Origin: Deltaproteobacteria bacterium
Lineage (GTDB): Bacteria > JAGRBM01 > JAHCIT01
Direction of reading: 5' to 3'
NCBI GenBank assembly: GCA_026129095.1
Contig: JAHCIT010000012.1
Location: 52,210 to 72,209, forward strand
DNA length: 20,000 nucleotides
Both the position numbers and the translations under genes were made by a program. Every line of letters begins with the position of its first letter. Position 1 is the first letter of the stretch. Under the pieces are notes generated by a model. That model searched no databases. It was not told the origin of the DNA and worked only from the letters and a program-made list of their open reading frames with translations. This document shows positions 1-7,088 of the stretch, in pieces.

Positions 1-302
1 TCATCAACATCGACAACCGGGGGAATGTCCACCCGGACCAGTTCTGGACCGACGCCCGGCTCGGGAATGTCCGGCACACACCGATAGCCGAAATCCTCCG
101 GCACCCGCTTGTCGGCGAGCTCAGGTCGCGGGTCGAGCGCCTGGAGGGAAAGTGCCGGGAGTGCGCCTTCAAGGCCGCCTGCCGGGGTTCCCACCGGGAG
201 CGGGCGCTGGCCTCCGGCGGCGGGCTCTGGAGTCCCGACCCGTCGTGCTACCTGACCGATGCCGAGATCCGCAGGGAGACCGTGTGCGAAGCAACTGCCT
301 GA
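1..302 (+). CDS. nirJ: Heme d1 biosynthesis radical SAM/SPASM protein NirJ, C-terminal part (5' truncated by window)
   Basis: Not in the ORF track. Frame from nt 3 reads INIDNRGNVHPDQFWTDARLGNVR...GKCRECAFKAACRGSHRERA...WSPDPSCYLTDAEI, TGA at 300-302. SPASM Cys pattern CxxC-x5-C...DPxC and the NIDNxGxVHPD motif fit NirJ; it overlaps the nirF start. Confidence 0.8.
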   Translation, partial: INIDNRGNVHPDQFWTDARLGNVRHTPIAEILRHPLVGELRSRVERLEGKCRECAFKAACRGSHRERALASGGGLWSPDPSCYLTDAEIRRETVCEATA

Positions 303-1477
303 TTGTCCTTCTGCTGACGATCGCCATCTCTGCCTGTGCTCCAGTCGCCAGCGGAAGCGGCGTGGGCGGCCGCCTGTTCATCGTCCAGCGCGAGACCGAA
401 AGCCTCTCGGTGTATGACAGCGTGAACCGCAAGATACTTCCGGTAAAAGTGTCGGGTCTTGGCAACATGCGCCATGCGACGATGGTCTTTTCCCGTGATC
501 TCCGGTGGGGCTACGTGGCGACCCGTAACGGCCTTTTGTCCCGAATTGACCTGAACACCCTTGAGGCTGACGTGCAGATCCAGACGTCGGACAACTCGAT
601 CGGGCTGGCGATATCGCAGGACGGCCGCTTTGTCGCAGTCGCCGAGTACAAGCCCGGCGGCATCACCATCGTGGCGGCCGACACGATGGAGGTCGTGGCC
701 CGGATTCCCGCCCTGACCGTGGTGGACGGGCAGGAAGTCCGGTCCCGCGTGACCGGTCTAGGCGATACGGACGGAAACCGGTTCGTGTGCGGCCTCATGG
801 ACGGCAACGAGATATGGATGATTGATGCCTCGCGGCCGGATTTCCCGGTCGAGAAAAAATGGAAGACGCCGGCTCCCAACCCTTTTGATGCGTTCCAGAC
901 TTCCGAGGGACGGTTCTATGTCGCGGGACATTTCGAAAGCGACAAGCTGACACTGATGGACCTCTGGTACCCGGATGCCGAGCCACGGGAGATCACCATC
1001 CGTGACATGGCGAGCGAGGTGGAGCGAAGCCGCCCCATCAAGATGCCGCACATGGCGATGTGGGCCGCATCCGGGGACGAGGCCTACATTCCGGTGGTCG
1101 GTGAAAAGCGGCTTGCCGTGCTGGACCGCAAGACCTGGCAGTACCGGAAATCGATCCCGCTGCGGGGAAATCCGGTCTATGCGGCGATGTCGCCAGCCGG
1201 GCGGGAGATCTGGGTGACGTTCTCGGGCTCCGAGGACGACCGGTTTATCGAGATCATCGATGTCGAGACCGGAGCCGTGCGTGGCCAGATAGAGGCGGGA
1301 AGAAAGATTTTCCATCTGGCATTCAGCCCGCGGGGCGACGAAATGTATGTCAGTGCCAACCAGGACAACCGGTTCATTGTGATTGATACGCGCACGCGCC
1401 AGATTACCGGTGAATATGAAATCCCCTCTCCGTCGGGAATCTTCGGCCCCTGGCGCGCTTTCCAGATCGGATTCTGA
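284..1477 (+). CDS. nirF: Heme d1 biosynthesis beta-propeller protein NirF, lipoprotein
   Basis: GTG at 284 with AGGGAG at 273-278; signal peptide and lipobox (LLLTIAISA-C). NirF-like motifs VQRETESL, GLGNMRHATMVFSRD, SIGLAISQDGR, KMPH and PSPSGIF; no CxxCH. Confidence 0.88.
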   Translation: MRSNCLIVLLLTIAISACAPVASGSGVGGRLFIVQRETESLSVYDSVNRKILPVKVSGLGNMRHATMVFSRDLRWGYVATRNGLLSRIDLNTLEADVQIQTSDNSIGLAISQDGRFVAVAEYKPGGITIVAADTMEVVARIPALTVVDGQEVRSRVTGLGDTDGNRFVCGLMDGNEIWMIDASRPDFPVEKKWKTPAPNPFDAFQTSEGRFYVAGHFESDKLTLMDLWYPDAEPREITIRDMASEVERSRPIKMPHMAMWAASGDEAYIPVVGEKRLAVLDRKTWQYRKSIPLRGNPVYAAMSPAGREIWVTFSGSEDDRFIEIIDVETGAVRGQIEAGRKIFHLAFSPRGDEMYVSANQDNRFIVIDTRTRQITGEYEIPSPSGIFGPWRAFQIGF

Positions 1478-1484
1478 GCGCACG

Positions 1485-1877
1485 ATGGACCGGCCGTATT
1501 TCCTGCTGGTGGCCGCCGCCGTTTTCACCGTATACAGCTGCGCACCCGCCCCCAGGGTCAGGCCGCCAGTGGCGGAACCGGGCCCCAGTGACAGCCTGCT
1601 CGCCGAACTTGGGCGCCGCACGTTCAGGGAAAAGGGCTGCATGGAATGCCATATCCGCGAGGGAGAGGGCGGGAAAAGCGGACCGAATCTGGACAAACTC
1701 GCAGGCGTGGCAGACCCGACCTACGTTCGTGAATCCATCCTCGATCCGGACGCCATTATTACGCCCGGATACGAGGCAGGACTCATGCCCCCCGGCTATG
1801 GCGCGATGCTTACGGAAGCGGAGATCGACGCGCTCCAGTATTACCTGTCGAACCGCTTCAGCCCCGCTGCAAAATGA
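1485..1877 (+). CDS. Lipoprotein monoheme c-type cytochrome (NirC/NirM-like position)
   Basis: ATG 7 nt after the nirF stop; signal ending VYS-C, Pro-rich linker, CMECH heme motif, GPNL and distal Met in GLMPPGY. Confidence 0.85.
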   Translation: MDRPYFLLVAAAVFTVYSCAPAPRVRPPVAEPGPSDSLLAELGRRTFREKGCMECHIREGEGGKSGPNLDKLAGVADPTYVRESILDPDAIITPGYEAGLMPPGYGAMLTEAEIDALQYYLSNRFSPAAK

Positions 1878-1903
1878 ACCCGGCGGGATTTACCTGACGG
1901 ATA

Positions 1904-1946
1904 TATGACCAGTCTCATAAGCCGAAACCGGGCAAGCAGTTAGCGT
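1904..1946 (+). promoter_or_regulatory. CRP/FNR-family site TATGA-N6-TCATA and class II promoter of nirS
   Basis: TATGAccagtcTCATA at 1904-1919; TAGCGT (-10-like) at 1941-1946 places the site centre at about -41.5. Confidence 0.7.
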
Positions 1947-1999
1947 AAGCACAAGGAAAGGACTTCCGGTAACCGGGAGCATGATTAGGGGTAAGCGCC

Positions 2000-3676
2000 A
2001 TGAATAAACGAATTGCGTCGGGATATCAGCCTCTCAAATGGGTACTCACTCTGGCCCTGTCCGTTTCGGCCTACTTCGGCCTCACGGCGGTCGCGCAGAA
2101 ACCGGCTCCCGGCACACCGGTAGTCCAGGTGGCGCCAACAATCACGCCGGAGGAGTTCGAGGCTGCCAAGTCCATCTATTTCGACCGGTGCGCGGGCTGC
2201 CATGGCACGTTGCGGACCGGTGCCACCGGACCTGAAATCCTTCCTGCGAAGACGATCAAGATGGGCACCAGCCGGCTGCGGGACATCCTCCAGTACGGCA
2301 TGCCCGGCGGAATGCCGGCGTGGGGCGAGGACGGCATCCTGACCGAGAAGGAAATCGACATGGTTGCCCGGTATATCCAGCAGGAGCCTCCGCAGCCGCC
2401 GGAGATGTCGCTGGCTCAGATCAAGGAAAGCTGGAAGACCTACGTTCCGGTCGATCAGCGTCCCGGCAAGCCCACCCACAAGCGCAACTGGGAGAACTAC
2501 TTCGGAATCATCCTCCGGGACGAGGGCAAGGTGGCGATCATTGACGGCGATACCAAGGAAATGATCAGCACGATCAAGACCGGATACGCCGTGCATATCC
2601 TCCGGAGCAGCATGTCCGGCCGGTACTTCTACGTCGTTGGCCGTGACGGACGTATCTCGCTGATTGACCTCTGGACCACCGAGCCATCGCTGGTGGCGGA
2701 GGTGAAGCCGTGCATCGATGCCCGGTCAGTCGATTCCAGCAAGTTCAAGGGGAAGAAGCCCGAGCTGAACTTCTCCGACACCTTGGCGATTGTCGGCTGT
2801 TACTGGCCGCCACACTACGCCATTGTCGACGGACTCACGCTGGAGCCGAAGAAGCTGGTCCGGACATCAGGCTACACATACGATACGAACGAATACCTGC
2901 CGGAAGTCCGCGTGGCGTCCATCATCGCCTCCCACTATGACCCGCTCTGGGTCGTGAGCCTGAAGGAATCAGGATATGTCGCGCTGGTGGACTACTCCGA
3001 CCTGACGAATCTCAAGATCACCAACATTGAGGCGGAACGCTTCCTCCATGACGGCGGATGGGACGCCACGAAACGTTACTTCCTGGTGGCCGCCAACATG
3101 CGGAACACCGTGTCGGTTATCGATGTCAAGGAAAAGAAGTTCGTCACCAACATCGTGACGGGCAACAAGCCGCATCCCGGGCGCGGTGCCAACTGGGTGG
3201 ACCCGGAATACGGGCCGGTCTGGGCAACAACCCATATCGGCGAGGGGCGGATGAGCCTCATCGGAACCGATCCGGAGAGCCGCAAGTACAAGAAGAACGC
3301 CTGGAAGGTTGTCCGTGACATCGAGCTGAAGGGCCGCGCCGGCGGGCTGTTCATCAAGACCCATGACAAGTCCCCCTGGGTGTGGACAGACGCGCCTCTG
3401 AACTCCGACGCCGAAAAGGCGCAGACGATCTGCGTTCTCAGCAAGAAGACGGCGGCAATTGAAAAGTGCTTCCGGGCGACTGACCGGGGCCGTATCGTCC
3501 ACTTCGAATACAACAAGGCCGGTGACGAGGTGTGGGTGTCGGTGTGGGACAAGGAAGGCGAGATCCTGGTCTATGACGACAAGACCATGACCCTGAAGAA
3601 GAGCATCAAGGGTGACTGGCTGATCACCCCGACCGGCAAGTTCAACGTGTATAACACGAAGAACGACGTCTACTGA
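2000..3676 (+). CDS. nirS: Cytochrome cd1 nitrite reductase NirS
   Basis: Signal peptide; c domain YFDRCAGCHG with Met ligand in GGMP; d1 domain GYAVHI, FLHDGGWD, KPHPGRGANW and C-terminal TPTGKFNVYNT..DVY; 558 aa. Confidence 0.96.
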   Translation: MNKRIASGYQPLKWVLTLALSVSAYFGLTAVAQKPAPGTPVVQVAPTITPEEFEAAKSIYFDRCAGCHGTLRTGATGPEILPAKTIKMGTSRLRDILQYGMPGGMPAWGEDGILTEKEIDMVARYIQQEPPQPPEMSLAQIKESWKTYVPVDQRPGKPTHKRNWENYFGIILRDEGKVAIIDGDTKEMISTIKTGYAVHILRSSMSGRYFYVVGRDGRISLIDLWTTEPSLVAEVKPCIDARSVDSSKFKGKKPELNFSDTLAIVGCYWPPHYAIVDGLTLEPKKLVRTSGYTYDTNEYLPEVRVASIIASHYDPLWVVSLKESGYVALVDYSDLTNLKITNIEAERFLHDGGWDATKRYFLVAANMRNTVSVIDVKEKKFVTNIVTGNKPHPGRGANWVDPEYGPVWATTHIGEGRMSLIGTDPESRKYKKNAWKVVRDIELKGRAGGLFIKTHDKSPWVWTDAPLNSDAEKAQTICVLSKKTAAIEKCFRATDRGRIVHFEYNKAGDEVWVSVWDKEGEILVYDDKTMTLKKSIKGDWLITPTGKFNVYNTKNDVY

Positions 3677-3712
3677 TAAGTGTGGCGGGCGGGCAGCCCC
3701 GCCTCTCTTGCC

Positions 3713-3753
3713 GCTCCGCCTGGGCCTCCTGAGGGCCCGGGCGGAGCCCTTTT
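3713..3753 (+). terminator. Probable intrinsic terminator of nirS
   Basis: Stem GCTCCGCCTGGGCC / GGCCCGGGCGGAGC (one G-U pair), 3713-3747, followed by CCTTTT. Confidence 0.7.
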
Positions 3754-3758
3754 GAGAG

Positions 3759-3801
3759 TATGAAATCGGTCATATTGCCCGGTTCCGGCCGGTGCCAGAC
3801 T
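3759..3801 (+). promoter_or_regulatory. Second TATGA-N6-TCATA site and class II promoter of the ywiC-like gene
   Basis: TATGAaatcggTCATA at 3759-3774; TGc-CAGACT (extended -10-like) at 3793-3801 at the same spacing as for nirS; SD GGAGG follows. Confidence 0.68.
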
Positions 3802-3820
3802 GGGGCTGTGGAGGCCCCGT

Positions 3821-4597
3821 ATGCGTTTGAAGGCACATGAACTGTTCCCACGCGAGCATGGGTTCTATGTGATGGCGATCCTGCCTGCGGCGGCGGGGGT
3901 TGCGCTCAACTGGGAGCACGCGGCTTCGGCAGCCATGGCCGGGCTTTCGTGGGTACTGCTCGTGCTCTCCAGCACGGGGGTCAAGACTTGGATAGTCCAT
4001 CCGTCGCGGCGTCCCTATGTGACGGCTCCTGTCGTGCTTGCGGTGCTGATCGCACTGGCGGGATTTGTGCTGTCAGGTGTCCCGGCCGGGCTCATGGTTG
4101 CCTGCGGCATGGGGCTGGGTTCGCTGGCCATCCATTTCCTGATGTCGCCGCCGAAGGAACGGCGCTCCGTTCAGTTTGAGTCGGTGGCGGCCTTTGTTCT
4201 CGGCTTCGGGATGCTGGTTTCCGGCTCGGCCGGGTACAAACTGATACCCCTTCCGATCGCACAGGCGGCACTCGTCTATACACTTGTCCAGGTGGCCGCC
4301 ACGGTGCATGTCCGCCTCTGGATCGAAGCGCTTGGAGCCCATGACGAGGACCGGCGGGCGAGATTCCGCAACATAAGCCTGCTGGTTCACACCGGGCTGA
4401 TCGGTCTGGTGGGTGTCTTCTGCTTTCTGGGCTGGCTGCCTATCTATTCGCTGCTGCCGGGAGTGGGAGAAGGGCTTGTCGTCATCGCCACACTTTCCCG
4501 GTTCGGCCGCAAGGTATCATTTCCGAAGCTGGGCATCGCGCAGACGGCGGGGCTGGTCGTGGCTGCGGTGGGGCTGGCAATCCAGTTCCAGCCATAG
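3821..4597 (+). CDS. YwiC-like family integral membrane protein
   Basis: N-terminal PREHGFYVMAILP resembles the YwiC PxxHGAW motif; about 8 hydrophobic segments; C-terminal KLGIAQ; SD GGAGG. Confidence 0.72.
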   Translation: MRLKAHELFPREHGFYVMAILPAAAGVALNWEHAASAAMAGLSWVLLVLSSTGVKTWIVHPSRRPYVTAPVVLAVLIALAGFVLSGVPAGLMVACGMGLGSLAIHFLMSPPKERRSVQFESVAAFVLGFGMLVSGSAGYKLIPLPIAQAALVYTLVQVAATVHVRLWIEALGAHDEDRRARFRNISLLVHTGLIGLVGVFCFLGWLPIYSLLPGVGEGLVVIATLSRFGRKVSFPKLGIAQTAGLVVAAVGLAIQFQP

Positions 4598-4640
4598 TCC
4601 TGAGCCACTGGACCCTCCCCGGATGGGTCAGGCGTAATAG

Positions 4641-5513
4641 TTAGATATCACCCGCAAATGCAGCCAGAACGGCGAACACGAGCCCCGTGGTATGTTCCGG
4701 CAGCATAAGCCTCTGAGTAATGACCGGCTCATCGAATGCCCAGGTGCCATCCGGGCGCTGGGATCTGGCCAGGCGGTTTGCGAACTCCGCGGGGATGAGG
4801 TGCTTCTGTCCGGTCAGGATCAGCGTCAGCGCCCGCTCGGCCTGCAGGTCGGAGAGAATGTCGAGGTTCACGATAAACTCGTCATGGATACGCCGGGTAT
4901 AGGCTCCCAGTTCCATGTCGGAATCCGTCGAAAAGCATTTCCGGAAACGGGCGATCAGCAGGCCGATTGCCTGGTGCGTCAGCACGTAGCCCTGATCCGG
5001 CAATCCGACCAGATTCCGCCCTTTCCGGGGTTTCCCGTCCTTTCCCAAAGGCTCACAAGTAATGGCATCGGACATGATCTGCATGACCCTTTTGCCCATC
5101 TGGTGATACGCACGGTCAAAATCCTGGCTCCAGCGCATGTTGTCGCGAGCTGCCTTGGCGGGAATTCCTGCAGATGCGGAGGTCCCGTGACTGGATGCGC
5201 GGGGTTGCGGTGACTGGGGCAATGCGATGGCTTCGTGCCGTATGGTCCAGAGGTAATACTCCAGCGATACCGGGTAGATGTCTTTTTTTGCCTCGACGTA
5301 GCCGGGAAGCCGGATATCCACGCGGTGTCCTGACCACTTCTCGACCTGGCCGAGCAGGAAAGCGACATCACCGTGGACTTCCTGGCCTTTCAGCGCCGCC
5401 TCCACCCTGGCGAGGGCCATTTCGAGCTTCTTCTTGTCCAGGACGGCGGGCTGCTGTGCCCCGCAGACGACGGGCCAGACTATCAGCAACGACAGTGCAA
5501 TTTTTCTCATCAT
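4641..5513 (-). CDS. Secreted hypothetical protein with C16orf89/DUF4735-like C-terminal motifs
   Basis: Sec signal MMRKIALSLLIVWPVVCGA; motifs GYVLTHQ..LLIARFRKC, DLQAE, QRPDGTW and HTTGLVFAVL. Confidence 0.6.
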   Translation of the reverse strand: MMRKIALSLLIVWPVVCGAQQPAVLDKKKLEMALARVEAALKGQEVHGDVAFLLGQVEKWSGHRVDIRLPGYVEAKKDIYPVSLEYYLWTIRHEAIALPQSPQPRASSHGTSASAGIPAKAARDNMRWSQDFDRAYHQMGKRVMQIMSDAITCEPLGKDGKPRKGRNLVGLPDQGYVLTHQAIGLLIARFRKCFSTDSDMELGAYTRRIHDEFIVNLDILSDLQAERALTLILTGQKHLIPAEFANRLARSQRPDGTWAFDEPVITQRLMLPEHTTGLVFAVLAAFAGDI

Positions 5514-5564
5514 GCTGTCTCAAGCCTGCCACCGCCGGGCAGCGCTAGTTGTGATTTTATTCTA

Positions 5565-6830
5565 TCACATGGTGCACAGATGCGCCGGTGGCTCGCGCCA
5601 GTTGCCCGCATCCCGCAGGGAGGACATCTGGCCGGTTGAAATCCCGCACTCCTCAAGCGTGAGGTAACAGGCGGGGTCCGGAGCCCACGGTGTTCCATAG
5701 ACCCGCTGCGCCCGCACCCGCAGGCCGGCACCACACATTGGATACCACTTGCAGACCGAGCATTTCCCCCCGATCCGTCCCGGCTGGTCACGGAGCCCCG
5801 CGAGCAGAGGGTCACTGAGGTCGGTCCAGATGCTGCTGAACTTCCGCTCCTTCACGTTCCCGAAGGTGTGGTCCATCCAGAACTGGTCGGCGTGGACATT
5901 GCCCAGAAAGTCGATGTCGGCGATGCCGACCCCCGACGAGTAGCGGCCGCCCCCGTTCCAGGTGAGCCGCTCGGCGATCTGGGCGGCCCGTTCCGGATCC
6001 CGCTGCTGTATTTTCTGCAGGAGGTAGACGCCGTCAACATGGTTATCGACGGTCAGAAGATCGATCATCGTGCCGGCCCGGTGCAGTTCGTCGGCCTTTT
6101 CGACCAACCGGTCGATTGCCTGCCGCGTCTCGGCATGGGTGAGATCGTCGGAGCGCATCCCGTCACCACGCCCGGAGTAGACCAGATGATAGAAACAGGC
6201 ACGTTGAATCCCTTCGGCGCGAATGAAGTCGAATATGCCGTCCAGCTGGGCCACGTTGTGCCGGGTCAGAGTGAGCCGCAGTCCGACCCGCTGGCCGACC
6301 TTGAGGCAGTTCCGTATGCCGCTGGCGGCGGCCTCGAATGCCCCCTCCTTCCCGCGGAAATGGTCGTTCACCGCCCCAATTCCGTCCAGGGAAATACCCA
6401 CGTAGGTAAACCCCGAGTCCTTGAGCCGCTGGGCGGTTTCCAGGTCGATGAGTGTGCCGTTCGTGGAGAGTGTCAGGCGCAGCCCTTTGCTTCGGGCATA
6501 GGGGACGATCTCCCAGAAGTCGTAGCGGGTCAGGGGCTCGCCGCCGGAGAGGAGCAGGGCGGGGATGCCGAAATCCGCCAGATCGTCGATGAGCGCCTTG
6601 GCCTGTCCGGTATCCAGTTCGCCCGGGTACCGCCGGGCCTCGGAGCTTGAATAGCAGTGGACGCACCGGAGGTTGCAGGTCCGGGTCAGGTTCCAGACAA
6701 CCACCGGTTTCCGGCCGGCAGCGGAGCGCGGTGCCCGGCCGTCATCGGATGCCTCACCAGCCCTGGTTCCATACCGGATGGAGTCACCCGGCGTATCAAT
6801 GTCATAGAGCAGCTTGGTTATGTTGATCAT
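5565..6830 (-). CDS. ahbC: Radical SAM/SPASM protein, AhbC (NirJ1)-like 12,18-didecarboxysiroheme deacetylase
   Basis: MINITKLL...DSIRYG, KPVVVWNLTRTCNLRCVHCY, SGGEPL, RACFYHLVYSGRG, LTVDNHVDG, VHADQFW, CxxC-x5-C, DPACYLT; these match AhbC of sulfate reducers and archaea as recalled. SD AGGAGG. Confidence 0.8.
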   Translation of the reverse strand: MINITKLLYDIDTPGDSIRYGTRAGEASDDGRAPRSAAGRKPVVVWNLTRTCNLRCVHCYSSSEARRYPGELDTGQAKALIDDLADFGIPALLLSGGEPLTRYDFWEIVPYARSKGLRLTLSTNGTLIDLETAQRLKDSGFTYVGISLDGIGAVNDHFRGKEGAFEAAASGIRNCLKVGQRVGLRLTLTRHNVAQLDGIFDFIRAEGIQRACFYHLVYSGRGDGMRSDDLTHAETRQAIDRLVEKADELHRAGTMIDLLTVDNHVDGVYLLQKIQQRDPERAAQIAERLTWNGGGRYSSGVGIADIDFLGNVHADQFWMDHTFGNVKERKFSSIWTDLSDPLLAGLRDQPGRIGGKCSVCKWYPMCGAGLRVRAQRVYGTPWAPDPACYLTLEECGISTGQMSSLRDAGNWREPPAHLCTM

Positions 6831-6863
6831 GGATTTGTACGCCCTCCTGAGCGGGCTAATCCC

Positions 6864-6907
6864 AGTATCGTTTCGATTCCGGCAGGGCCGGTATGATACC
6901 CGTCAGG
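6864..6907 (-). promoter_or_regulatory. Degenerate third TATGA-N6-TCATA site upstream of ahbC
   Basis: Minus strand CCTGAcgggtaTCATA (6907-6892), 8/10 match; GATACT -10-like at 6869-6864, centre about -42.5. Confidence 0.5.
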
Positions 6908-7088
6908 TACGGCGACCTTTTGTATCCATGATGACGGTGCCCTCCGGCTCACCGGAACCGGGAAACTGTAATTTGTTTGTATGATCGTCTTCGCGCGGCG
7001 GTTTCCACTTGTGTCTACCGGTGAACTGTTGGAAAGAGACTCCGGGCATTTAGGGGAAACAGGAAACAGTCAGCCAGTGGAGGCACAA

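Noticed and set aside
152-283. ORF-track N-terminal extension of nirF
   Set aside because: It overlaps the nirJ frame; the SD and signal peptide point to GTG 284.
2000-3676. NirN rather than NirS
   Set aside because: FLHDGGWD, HPGRGANW and TPTGKFNVYNT motifs plus its own promoter and terminator fit NirS.
5550-5569. Palindrome TGTGAT-N8-ATCACA
   Set aside because: Spacing fits neither CRP nor Rex, it overlaps the ahbC stop codon, and there is only one copy.
6980-6995. TATGA-N6-TCGCG as a fourth regulon site
   Set aside because: Weak right half-site and no -10-like hexamer at class II spacing.
6936-7040. Possible cobalamin riboswitch before the B12 radical SAM (GGTGCCC, AACCGGGAA, ACTGTAA, CCACT)
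   Set aside because: The GGTGxAAxTCC/CCCGC core between GGGAA and ACTGTAA and a proper B12 box are missing; an Infernal search with RF00174 would settle it.
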